Shown: positions 42,711 to 52,326 of the stretch, one piece after another
How the letters are laid out: every line of letters begins with the position of its first letter
Position numbering within the stretch: position 1 is the stretch's first letter
NCBI GenBank assembly: GCA_963704835.1
Contig: CAVPHW010000020.1
Location: forward strand, 282,820-346,819
Origin: an uncultured Ignavibacteriales bacterium
GTDB lineage: Bacteria > Bacteroidota > Ignavibacteria > Ignavibacteriales > Melioribacteraceae
DNA: 64,000 nucleotides
Direction of reading: 5' to 3'
The notes under the pieces: generated by a model
Told to the model about the DNA's origin: nothing
Databases searched by the model: none
What the model saw: only the letters and a program-made list of their open reading frames with translations
Position numbers and translations under genes: made by a program

Positions 42711-42882
42711 TTAATATCTCCGATTTTAAATTAAATAATTTCTAAAATTATCAAATGAATTAGTTACTAGCAAGAATTGAATATATTACTTTGTATTAAA
42801 TAAAATTCTCAATTATTAAATAATCTAAAAAATAAATGTTTATTTAGAATAAGATTAATTAATTCTCAAAAATTACAGAAAC

Positions 42883-43806
42883 CTAACTAGCTTTAATCAA
42901 TTCTTTTCTTCTTTTATTGCTCATTTTTACAACATTTGTGATGCTGTAAAGTAAAATAAATACACCAACCCATTGTATGGCACTAAGAATATTGCCATGC
43001 AGAATATATTCTAATATTACAGCAGTTAATGGAAATGCTAGTTCTAAAATTGTAGCTGAGGATGCAGTAATATTTTTTAATCCGTAGTAGTATAAAAATA
43101 TTGCTGGTCCACCGGTAGTAAATGCAATTATAAGAAAAATAGTCCACTGATCAATAGACACATTTGTTATCATGGAAATTTGTGACAAACTTAGTACCAT
43201 TATTAACATTAAAATACTTGCAATACCAAATCTTAAGTATGTGCCCAATTCGAAACTGACATTTTTGAGTGCTCTTTTACTTAAAACCGTAGAAAATCCA
43301 AAACTAAATGCGGCGAAAACTGAATACATTGCTGCTAATAGAGTTTTATTATCACTACTGATTGAAGGAAGCTTAAAACCAAAGGTCATTAAATAAGCCC
43401 CCAATATTGCTAAACCAGCCCAGTAAAAGAATTTTCCAGGTAAACGTTCTTTGAGAATAATGGCAGCAAGACTTAACGCAAAAAGGGGCTGTAACTTTTG
43501 AATTAGTATAACTATAGAAAGATTTACAAAATTAACATAGAAAAGTGCTTTGGTAATGCTCATTATTCCAATAGCACCACCAAATAATGCTACTCCAAGA
43601 AAAGCAAGCCAATCTTTTGTTTGGAGGTTTTTAACCACAGAAATATTTTTAAAAAGTATAGGGGAGAGATAGATTGCAACAATTGAACTTTCAATAAAAA
43701 CAACGAGCGCAACGGGTAATGTAAATAGTTCAGGTCGGAGAACAATTCCATCAATACCCCAAAGCATTGCGCCTAGGATTATGAAAATTGGAGCAAATTT
43801 ATTCAT
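42883..43806 (-). CDS. EamA/DMT family transporter
   Basis: 307 aa with about ten TM helices in the two-repeat EamA layout. Confidence 0.8.
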   Translation of the reverse strand: MNKFAPIFIILGAMLWGIDGIVLRPELFTLPVALVVFIESSIVAIYLSPILFKNISVVKNLQTKDWLAFLGVALFGGAIGIMSITKALFYVNFVNLSIVILIQKLQPLFALSLAAIILKERLPGKFFYWAGLAILGAYLMTFGFKLPSISSDNKTLLAAMYSVFAAFSFGFSTVLSKRALKNVSFELGTYLRFGIASILMLIMVLSLSQISMITNVSIDQWTIFLIIAFTTGGPAIFLYYYGLKNITASSATILELAFPLTAVILEYILHGNILSAIQWVGVFILLYSITNVVKMSNKRRKELIKAS

Positions 43807-44051
43807 AAAGTGTAAAAACCTTTCTATAAAAATGAGAACGAAATATATCTAAAATTGTGGAATTAAGAGTGGTAAATAATAACACAGGTTTCCATTTTCG
43901 CATTTTTGTTTGGTAATTCTAACTAACCGATTCTAGTTCTTTTTTTCACATTTTAGTAGTGTGCATTTTAATTCTTATAAGATCGTAATTACTACTTTAT
44001 TTTTAATTCATTGTGAATTTTATAAATTACTTAGATAAATAAATAATCTAA

Positions 44052-45116
44052 ATGCTTGTTAATATTGGAAATATTATTCTTCCTTCACATAATCAACAAT
44101 CGCTAAAAAAAATAACTGTGCTTTGGGCTTTTGGTGAGGCAGCACTGGGTGGAATCCTCCATGCCTTTAAAATTCCATTAACGGGATTACTAATTGGAAG
44201 TATAGCGGTTTTATCGATTACTTTAATTGCATACTTTTCTAATTCTAGAATTGAAATAGTAAAAATCACATTACGTGTAATGCTTATTAAATTAATTGTT
44301 AGTCCTTATTCACCAGTAACAGCCTACTTTGCTGTGGCCCTGCAAGGTGTTTTAGGCTATTTACTTTTTTATCAAGGATTCAATCGTGTTTCTCCCGTTG
44401 TTTTGGGGGTTCTTTCATTATCATTTTCAGCTGTTCAAAAGATATTTATCCTAACAATTGTCTTTGGAAATACTCTTTGGGAATCGATAGACATTTTTTT
44501 TAATTTTGTTCTTTCTGATATATTCAAGATTCCTCAAAATTTACTAACTGTGAATTTGAGTTATCTAGCAATAACTTTATACTTTTTAGTCCATTTTATT
44601 GTTGGAATAATTATTGGGTTTTATGCCTCAAATTTTCCAGCCAAATTACTTCAGAGTATTAAAAGTTCAAATAGAATTTGTATGAATTACGGGAATGACT
44701 TAACAATTAGCAGAAAATCAAAAAGAAAGAATTGGTGGAGAAAACCTTCAAGTATTTTTTTGTTTATCGTTTCATTTACACTGATAATTTTATCATTCAC
44801 AATTCAGCAGTTTGATAAAAGTATTGGGCTGAATATTGTAGTAATGTTTATCAGGTCAATAATAATTATAGTGGCATGGTACTATTTTATTTCACCTGTT
44901 CTCTTGAAACTCATTAGAAAATATTTATTAAAAAGAGGTAATCTCAATACACAGGAAATTGAAGAAGTTATTAACTTATTCCCAAGTATTAAGTTGCTGC
45001 TAAAACACTCATGGGAACAAACTAAAAGCAAGAGAAAGTTAAAAAGGATCTTGAAATTTATAGATAATTCATTAGTTAACTTTTTTAGTAGTGACCTAAC
45101 ATCCCAAGAAAAATGA
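44052..45116 (+). CDS. polytopic membrane protein, function unknown
   Basis: 354 aa with multiple TM helices, a basic loop (SRKSKRKNWWRK) and a basic tail. Its stop overlaps the next start (ATGA). Confidence 0.6.
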   Translation: MLVNIGNIILPSHNQQSLKKITVLWAFGEAALGGILHAFKIPLTGLLIGSIAVLSITLIAYFSNSRIEIVKITLRVMLIKLIVSPYSPVTAYFAVALQGVLGYLLFYQGFNRVSPVVLGVLSLSFSAVQKIFILTIVFGNTLWESIDIFFNFVLSDIFKIPQNLLTVNLSYLAITLYFLVHFIVGIIIGFYASNFPAKLLQSIKSSNRICMNYGNDLTISRKSKRKNWWRKPSSIFLFIVSFTLIILSFTIQQFDKSIGLNIVVMFIRSIIIIVAWYYFISPVLLKLIRKYLLKRGNLNTQEIEEVINLFPSIKLLLKHSWEQTKSKRKLKRILKFIDNSLVNFFSSDLTSQEK

Positions 45117-45574
45117 GAATTACAATTTTAACAGGCCCAATAAAAAACGGGAAAACAACGAAACTGTTTGGGTTTATTAAAAACCTTAAGTCGGTTAGTG
45201 GAATACTTTCTCCAGTTGTAAATAATCAGCGAGTTTTGTTCCATATTGGATCTAAAACAATTAGAAATTTTGAAAGTAACAATGAATCGGATATAACCAT
45301 TGATGTGGGTCGATATAGATTTCTTAAATCATCTTTTGAATGGGGAAACACAATGCTCATTAATGATCTAAAGCAAAACTACAATTATTTAATAATTGAT
45401 GAAATTGGGAAACTTGAATTGAAAGATGAAGGGTTTCATCAGTCATGTGAGCATATTTGGAAAAATAAAGAATTATATTCAACAAATTTAATTATGGTTG
45501 TTAGGGATTATTTAGTTGACGATGTTTTATCAAAATATAAAATTGATAAAAATGAAATTGAGTATTTTGAATAA
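45113..45574 (+). CDS. THEP1-like P-loop NTPase
   Basis: 153 aa with Walker A GPIKNGKTT and the Walker B-like IIDEIGKLEL typical of the NTPase_1/THEP1 family. Confidence 0.6.
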   Translation: MRITILTGPIKNGKTTKLFGFIKNLKSVSGILSPVVNNQRVLFHIGSKTIRNFESNNESDITIDVGRYRFLKSSFEWGNTMLINDLKQNYNYLIIDEIGKLELKDEGFHQSCEHIWKNKELYSTNLIMVVRDYLVDDVLSKYKIDKNEIEYFE

Positions 45575-45713
45575 GAATTGATGCCCAAATTCCTATGTTG
45601 GAAAATGAGAAATATTACGGTTATCTATCTGAAAAATGAGTAAAACTGCACTTAAGTATCTGATTAAAAAATATATTATATTACTATTTTATTTGAATAA
45701 ATATTGAGGAATT

Positions 45714-47174
45714 ATGTGGAACTGGAACATTGAAAATGAAGAGTATCTTACCAAAACATTGGAAAGATGTAAGCAGCGAAATATTGTTTTGCCAACATTT
45801 AATCAGCTTAAAAATCCCTCTTCAATCCCAAATGATATTCAAAATAAATTAGAAAAAATTGATTTACAAGAACCTCACCCGTTAAATTTATTTAGAATCA
45901 ATTGGTGTAACGATCCCAAATCCGGTAGAATTGGTGATATTAATTATTTGGAAATTCCTAAAGAAATTACAGGAATAAAAGCTAGAGTTATTGGTTTGGT
46001 TGGTAAATATTTTCCAACTGGAGCTCATAAAGTTGGAGCTACTTATGGTTGCTTGGCTCCTTATTTGGTCACCGGTAGATTCAATCCAGAATACCATAAA
46101 GCAGTATGGCCATCAACGGGGAATTATTGCAGAGGTGGTGTATTTAATTCTAATTTATTGTCGGTTCACTCAGTTGCAATTTTACCTGAAGAAATGAGCA
46201 AAGAACGATTTGATTGGTTACATGAAAGAACAGATGAAGTATACGCTACTGCCGGATGTGAAAGTAATGTGAAAGAGATATATGACAAATGCCATGAACT
46301 AGAAGCGCAAAGTCCCAAGTATTTAATTTTTAATCAATTCGATCAATTCGGTAATCCAATTTGGCATTACGAAATTACTGGTTCTACTATTTCAAATTTA
46401 TTTTCGCAAATAAAAAAAGATAATCAAAGGTTAAGTGGATATGTAAGTGCAACAGGCTCAGCCGGTACTATTGCCGCCGGAGATTTCTTAAGAACTATAA
46501 ATCCCCAAATAAAAGTTGTAGCGTCAGAAGCCTTACAATGCCCAACCCTTTTTAATAATGGATTTGGAGGTCATAGAATTGAAGGAATTGGTGACAAACA
46601 TATTCCATGGGTTCATAATGTAAGAAATACTGATTGTGTTGCAGCAATTGATGATGAAGATCCGATGAGAGTTTTAAGGTTATTCAATGAACCAACCGGA
46701 AGGGAAGTTCTCATAAATCAGGGCATAGATAAAGCTGTTGTTGACAAATTGAGCTATTTGGGAATATCTTCAATTAGCAATTTACTTTCAGCAATTAAAT
46801 TAGCCAAATATTATGAATATAATGAAAAGGATGTAATCTTTACTGTCTTCACTGATTCTAAAGATATGTACAATTCGCGATTATCTGAACTAACCGAAGC
46901 CAACGGACAATATACAAGCGGACAAGCTGAAACAGATTTACACAGTTCAATCCATAGACAAGGAATTGACTACTTTAAGGAACTATCATATTATGATAAA
47001 AAGGCTGTGCATAATTTAAAATATTTTACTTGGGTTGAACAGCAAGGAAAAGATGTTGAAGAGTTAAACGCCCAATGGTATGATGAAAATTATTGGTTAG
47101 AAAGATTCAGCATTGTTCCTACTTGGGATAAGCTGATAGATGAATTTAACTTTAAATCCGGTGTAACTATTTAG
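45714..47174 (+). CDS. fold-type II PLP-dependent enzyme with N-terminal extension (OrtB-like by recollection)
   Basis: 486 aa. It has a candidate PLP-lysine region FPTGAHKVGATYGC, WPSTGNYCRGG, and a glycine-rich phosphate loop SATGSAGTIAAG. The subfamily is uncertain. Confidence 0.55.
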   Translation: MWNWNIENEEYLTKTLERCKQRNIVLPTFNQLKNPSSIPNDIQNKLEKIDLQEPHPLNLFRINWCNDPKSGRIGDINYLEIPKEITGIKARVIGLVGKYFPTGAHKVGATYGCLAPYLVTGRFNPEYHKAVWPSTGNYCRGGVFNSNLLSVHSVAILPEEMSKERFDWLHERTDEVYATAGCESNVKEIYDKCHELEAQSPKYLIFNQFDQFGNPIWHYEITGSTISNLFSQIKKDNQRLSGYVSATGSAGTIAAGDFLRTINPQIKVVASEALQCPTLFNNGFGGHRIEGIGDKHIPWVHNVRNTDCVAAIDDEDPMRVLRLFNEPTGREVLINQGIDKAVVDKLSYLGISSISNLLSAIKLAKYYEYNEKDVIFTVFTDSKDMYNSRLSELTEANGQYTSGQAETDLHSSIHRQGIDYFKELSYYDKKAVHNLKYFTWVEQQGKDVEELNAQWYDENYWLERFSIVPTWDKLIDEFNFKSGVTI

Positions 47175-47184
47175 AGATCATTTA

Positions 47185-48645
47185 ATGAACATTGGAACCA
47201 AGATATTAAAAAATGTTTTTTTAAGTACTAATAAAAATAAACTTATACTTGCAAATATCATTTTTGACAATAAAATTCAAAAAATAGAAATACAGGTTCC
47301 TTCTGAATTTACTTGGAAAGAAGTTAACACAACTGAAAAGAAATTCGAATTCATTAAAAAAGTAAAATTGAAACCACTTCCCAAAGGAGTGGAAATTATT
47401 GATGGTGAATATAATTTAGCTATTCCCGGTGCTATTGATCCTCATGTACACTTTGATACACCTGGTTTTGAGTTTAGAGATACATTTGAACATGGAACCA
47501 AAGCTGCTGCTTTTGGTGGTGTCACAACCATAATAGATATGCCATGTACATCTTTACCACCTGTTACATCATTAGAAAATTTTAATACCAAATTAAATGC
47601 TGTGAAAAATAGATCTTTAATTGATTTCACATTCTGGGGTGGAGTTTGTGGAAACGATTTTGAAAATGGTTGTGATATTGAAAAAAACATTAATGACTTA
47701 AATGCATCTGGAGTTGCAGCGTATAAAGGTTATTTTATTTCAGGAATGAATTCCTTCAAAGATCTGACAATGAATCAATTTCATGTAGTTGCAAAAATAA
47801 TTGAGAAAACAGAAAAGCCGTTTGGTGTTCATGCAGAGGATAAATATTTAGTTGAGACAAGGCAAAAAGAATTTATTCTTAGTAACAAAAACTCATGGAT
47901 GGATTATTGCAAATCGAGAGATTCCGAAGCTGAAACCAAATCAATTAAAAACATTATTGAAATTTCAAAGGTTACAGGTGTAAAAGTTCACGTTGTTCAT
48001 CTAAGCTCAAATTTAGGGTTAAACGAAATTAAAGAAGCTCAGGGAAATGGAATCAGAATTACTTCTGAAACTTGCCCACATTATTTATATTTTACTCAGA
48101 ATGACTTTGAAAATAGAGCAATTAAAAATTTTCTAAAAACGGCTCCACCAGTAAAAATGCAAGAGGATCAAGATTCTTTGTGGGATGGATTAAAGGATGG
48201 AACTTTAAGCTTTGTTACAACTGATCACGCAGGTTGTAATCCAATGACAGAAAAAATATCAGAAAACTTTTGGGAAGTTTATGGCGGAATCCCTGGTGTT
48301 GAACATCGTGTCCCTTTTCTTTTTAGTGAAGGTTTTCTTAATAATAAATTGTCATTGGAACAAACGATAAATTTACTATCAACAAACGTTTCAGATTATT
48401 TTAAATTGAGTAATAAAGGAAAAATTGAGAAAAACTATGATGCAGATTTTGCATTAATTAATTTGTGGGATTCTGAAATTGTTAAATCAGAAAATATGCA
48501 TAGTAAAGGAAAGTATACTCCATTTGAAGGAATTAAATTTAATTGTAAAGTAGAGAAAACTATATTACGAGGCAAAGTAATTATGGATTTAAAATCTAAG
48601 CAAGAAGATGATTTTACATATGGAAGGTATATTGAGGTTCACTAA
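47185..48645 (+). CDS. cyclic amidohydrolase (allantoinase / hydantoinase / dihydroorotase superfamily)
   Basis: 486 aa with the metal-binding DPHVHFDTPG, AAAFGGVTTIIDMP, VHAED, HVVHLSS and TTDHAG. Confidence 0.8.
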   Translation: MNIGTKILKNVFLSTNKNKLILANIIFDNKIQKIEIQVPSEFTWKEVNTTEKKFEFIKKVKLKPLPKGVEIIDGEYNLAIPGAIDPHVHFDTPGFEFRDTFEHGTKAAAFGGVTTIIDMPCTSLPPVTSLENFNTKLNAVKNRSLIDFTFWGGVCGNDFENGCDIEKNINDLNASGVAAYKGYFISGMNSFKDLTMNQFHVVAKIIEKTEKPFGVHAEDKYLVETRQKEFILSNKNSWMDYCKSRDSEAETKSIKNIIEISKVTGVKVHVVHLSSNLGLNEIKEAQGNGIRITSETCPHYLYFTQNDFENRAIKNFLKTAPPVKMQEDQDSLWDGLKDGTLSFVTTDHAGCNPMTEKISENFWEVYGGIPGVEHRVPFLFSEGFLNNKLSLEQTINLLSTNVSDYFKLSNKGKIEKNYDADFALINLWDSEIVKSENMHSKGKYTPFEGIKFNCKVEKTILRGKVIMDLKSKQEDDFTYGRYIEVH

Positions 48646-49971
48646 ATGAAAATTACCAATGCGTGGATTTGCCAAATAAAGAAAGATCAAATTGTTCCAA
48701 TTTTTGGTGATATCGAAGTTTACGATAACAAAATATTATCGATCACTGAGAAAGAATTTAAATTATCCCATTTGAATATATCAGTTTCCAACAACGATAT
48801 AGATGCAAAAGGGAGAGTTGTCACAATCCCAAATGTTAATTACCATGATCATATATATTCTCGCTTGGCAAAAGGTTTAAGTATTAAAGGTGATATGTCA
48901 AACTTCCCAAATATTCTTAAAAACCTCTGGTGGAAGTTAGATTCGCTTTTAGATTTAGAAATGATTGAAGCATCTGCAAAAATGGCATCAATTGAATCAA
49001 TCAAAAATGGTGTAACATATATTATTGATCACCACTCTTCTCCTAATAAAGCGCAAGATAGCTTAAAAACAATTTCAAAAACTTTAGAGAGTTTCAATAT
49101 CAGAAATGTTCTTTGTTTTGAAACTACTGATCGAAATGAAGATACTTTAAAACAAAACGGATTTAATGAGAATATAAATTTTCTTGAAAATCACACAACG
49201 GAAAATTCCAAATCCCTACTCGGTTTGCATGCTTCATTTACATTGAATGACGAATCGCTTGCCAAAGCTGCAAAATTGGTTTTAGAAAAAAGTTGGGGAG
49301 TACATGTTCATCTTTGTGAAGATATTTCTGATGTTAAAATTAGTTTAGAAAAATATTCTGAAAAACCGGTGAAAAGGTTGATTGAAAATAATTTGTTAAA
49401 TGATAAATCCATTCTTGCTCATGGAATTCATTTGGATGAAGATGATTTTAGATTAATAGCCGCATCTGGTGCTTCACTGGTTTTTAATTTAGATTCAAAT
49501 ATGAACAATTCGGTTGGACTTCAAAAATTTAAAATGATCCCAAAAGAAATTCCCATTTTAGTCGGAACTGATGGAATGCATTCTAATACTTCCCGATCAT
49601 TAAAAGAATTGTATCTACAAATTAGACATGCTGGTTTTTCCTTTGACGATGCGTTTGGATTTATAATTAAAGTTTATTTTGATCAAGTAAAATTTATTAC
49701 AAAGTTTTTCCCAGATTTTACGTCCTTAAACATTGGTGATAAGGCTGATTTGATTATTTGGGATTATATTCCACCAACACCGCTAAATAAAGGTAACTTT
49801 TGGGGACATTATATTTATGGAATATTAGAGAGACCTGTTATTTCGGTCATGCAAAATGGTTTGGTCCTCATGAATGAATTTAAACTATCTAATGTAGATG
49901 AAATAAAAAATGCAAGTGAGATCTTCTCCCAAGGAGAAAGATTATTTAACATATTCAATAAGGAAGAGTAA
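48646..49971 (+). CDS. ssnA: SsnA-like aminohydrolase (chlorohydrolase/deaminase superfamily)
   Basis: 441 aa with NYHDHIYS, LKNLWWKLDSLLD, IIDHHSSP and CFETTDRNE. As I recall them, these track E. coli SsnA closely. The start abuts the upstream stop. Confidence 0.65.
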   Translation: MKITNAWICQIKKDQIVPIFGDIEVYDNKILSITEKEFKLSHLNISVSNNDIDAKGRVVTIPNVNYHDHIYSRLAKGLSIKGDMSNFPNILKNLWWKLDSLLDLEMIEASAKMASIESIKNGVTYIIDHHSSPNKAQDSLKTISKTLESFNIRNVLCFETTDRNEDTLKQNGFNENINFLENHTTENSKSLLGLHASFTLNDESLAKAAKLVLEKSWGVHVHLCEDISDVKISLEKYSEKPVKRLIENNLLNDKSILAHGIHLDEDDFRLIAASGASLVFNLDSNMNNSVGLQKFKMIPKEIPILVGTDGMHSNTSRSLKELYLQIRHAGFSFDDAFGFIIKVYFDQVKFITKFFPDFTSLNIGDKADLIIWDYIPPTPLNKGNFWGHYIYGILERPVISVMQNGLVLMNEFKLSNVDEIKNASEIFSQGERLFNIFNKEE

Positions 49972-51158
49972 ATGAATATTTCTGAACAAATACTGAAAAA
50001 AGCAGAAGAGTATAAAGTTTATACGGCAAAAAACCTATCTGAGATGATAAAGATAAAGTCGCTAAGTTTGCAAGAAGGTGAAGTAGCAATCTTAATTAAA
50101 TCCATGATGGAAGATGCAGGGTTTGATGAAGCAAGAATTGATGGATTAGGAAATGTGATTGGTAGAATTGGTAATGGTCCTCGCATTATTGCTTTTGACG
50201 GTCATATTGATACAGTTGATTTGGGTAATTTAGAAAATTGGGATTTTGATCCTCTCGGTGGAGAAATTAAAGATGGTTATGTGCATGGAAGAGGAAGTGT
50301 TGATCAAGAAGGTGGTCCGGCTGCTTTTATTACAGCGGGTAGAATTATCAAAGAGTTAGGGCTTGCAAAAGATCTGACAATCTATTTTACTGGAACTGTA
50401 ATTGAAGAAGATTGCGATGGTCTTTGCTGGAAGTATATTGTTGAGGAAGAAAAAATTAAAGCCTGAATGTGTTGTAATTACTGAGCCTACAAACCTTAAT
50501 ATCTATAGAGGTCACAGAGGAAGAATGGAAATTGCGGTATCTTTTTATGGAGTTTCTTCTCACGGTTCAGCTCCTGAAAGAGGGAAAAATGCAATTTATA
50601 TGGCCTCCAGAGCAGCCCTAGAAATTGAAAAGCTTAACGAAACTTTAGCTTTTGATGAATTTCTTGGAAAAGGTACTATTACAATATCAGAGTTTAAGTC
50701 AAATAGTCCATCATTATGTGCTGTTTCAGATTTTGCAAGAATTCATTTGGATAGAAGATTAACTTGGGGTGAAGATAAAGAATTGGCCTTGGAACAAGTT
50801 AGAGAAATTGTTAAAGATATGAATGCCAAGGTTGAACTGTTAGATTATGAGGAGACTGCATTATACAGGATTAAAATATGGAATGCAAAAATATTTTCCT
50901 ACTTGGAAATTGGAAGAGGATCATCCTCTTGTATTAAAAGGGATTGATGCTTATAAAGAAATTTTTAATTCAGATCCTAAAGTTGATAAATGGACATTTT
51001 CAACTAATGGTGTAACAATAAGAGGCTACTATGATATACCGGTTATTGGGTTTGGTCCTGGGAATGAAGTTCTGGCTCATGCACCAAATGAAAAAGTACC
51101 AATTGAGCATTTAGTTAAGGCATCAGCATTTTATACAATATTTGCAGCTAAATATTAA
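49972..51158 (+). pseudogene. ygeY: YgeY-like M20 family peptidase/hydrolase, two frame breaks
   Basis: Three consecutive ORFs in frames shifted +1 and +1 again (49972-50466, 50402-50947, 50847-51158) give one colinear M20 protein. Motifs are EEDCDGLCWKY, RGHRGRMEI, HGSAPERG and YFPTWKLEEDH...KWTFSTNG...GFGPGNEVLAHAPNE. Confidence 0.75.
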
Positions 51159-51254
51159 TAAAAATATAAATTCAACTGACACACTGAGAAAATTAGAATT
51201 CTAGAGTATTAATCTTCTAAGCGTGATAGAAGTTTTGAAATTAAAGGAGAAAAC

Positions 51255-52259
51255 ATGAATCTTAAAGGTAAACATTTTCTAACTTGTGATAACTGGACCA
51301 AAGAAGAGTTAGATGTTGTATTTGAAAAATCTTTTGAATTAAAAGAACAATTTTATAACGAAATTCATCACCTAGATCTTCCACACAAAACACTTTTTAT
51401 GATGTTTTTCGAACAGTCAACTAGAACGAGAAATTCAATGGAAGCTGGTATGACTCAGCTTGGTGGACATGCACATGATTTAACACCAGATAAAATGCAA
51501 ATCACACATGGTGAAGTTGCTAAAGATACTGCGATTATTTTATCAAGAATGGGACATGGAATAGCTTGTAGAAATTGTTTTTATGGCGTTGGGAAAAAAT
51601 ATTTAGATGAATTGGCTGCGTATTCACGGAAACCAGTTATGTCTTTACAAGACGATGTTTATCACCCATTTCAAGGATTGGCTGACCTTCAAACAATATT
51701 TGAACATTTTGATAGAAATCCCAAGGGACTTAAAGTAACTATATCTTGGGCATATGCAGATACTCATTCAAAACCGCTTTCGGTACCACAAACACAAGCA
51801 TTACTTTTCCCACGTTATGGTATTGATGTTACAATCGCTCATCCAAAAGAATTCCCGTTGAGTCAGAACATTGTTGAGAAAGCAAAGAAAAATGCGATTG
51901 AAGGAGGCGGCAGTCTTAAATTTACAAATAATATGGATGAAGCTTTTGAAGGTGCTCATGTAGTCATCCCAAAGAATTGGGGTGGTTTTGGTCATTGGAA
52001 TGTGGAAGATTATTTGGCAAACGAAAATGAGTGTAAAAAAGAAATGTCCTCCAATTTGGCAAAATATAAGAATTGGATTTGCGATGATAATAGAATAAAG
52101 TTAGCTGATAAAAATGTTAAACTTATGCATGCATTACCAGCTGACAGAAACAATGAAGTTACTGATGCAATTCTAGACAATCCAAATATATCTATTGTTT
52201 TTGATGAAGCAGAGAATAGACTTCATACGGCAAAAGCAATTATGTCACTTACTATGTAA
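51255..52259 (+). CDS. non-canonical carbamoyltransferase (YgeW / acetylornithine-carbamoyltransferase-like branch)
   Basis: 334 aa with STRTR, HPFQGLADL, ISWAYADTHSKPLSVPQ and MHALPADR...FDEAENRLH. The central region resembles YgeW and the C-terminus resembles AOTCase/OTCase. Confidence 0.7.
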   Translation: MNLKGKHFLTCDNWTKEELDVVFEKSFELKEQFYNEIHHLDLPHKTLFMMFFEQSTRTRNSMEAGMTQLGGHAHDLTPDKMQITHGEVAKDTAIILSRMGHGIACRNCFYGVGKKYLDELAAYSRKPVMSLQDDVYHPFQGLADLQTIFEHFDRNPKGLKVTISWAYADTHSKPLSVPQTQALLFPRYGIDVTIAHPKEFPLSQNIVEKAKKNAIEGGGSLKFTNNMDEAFEGAHVVIPKNWGGFGHWNVEDYLANENECKKEMSSNLAKYKNWICDDNRIKLADKNVKLMHALPADRNNEVTDAILDNPNISIVFDEAENRLHTAKAIMSLTM

Positions 52260-52326
52260 AATTGGTGAGTTAGTACTTTGTGCTAACTCCGAATTTGTAA
52301 TTTCCCAAGATTAATACAAAACGATT

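Noticed and set aside
50455-50466. Possible programmed +1 frameshifting at GCC-TGA-A in the YgeY-like gene and at TTA-TAA-A (61130-61142) in the COG2403-like gene, where the 0-frame stop coincides with the join, as in prfB
   Set aside because: In the other four +1 breaks (TPK, TauE, the second YgeY break, ThrC-like) the homologous join lies well upstream of the 0-frame stop. No shared slippery or Shine-Dalgarno-like stimulator is visible. Simple indels explain all of them.
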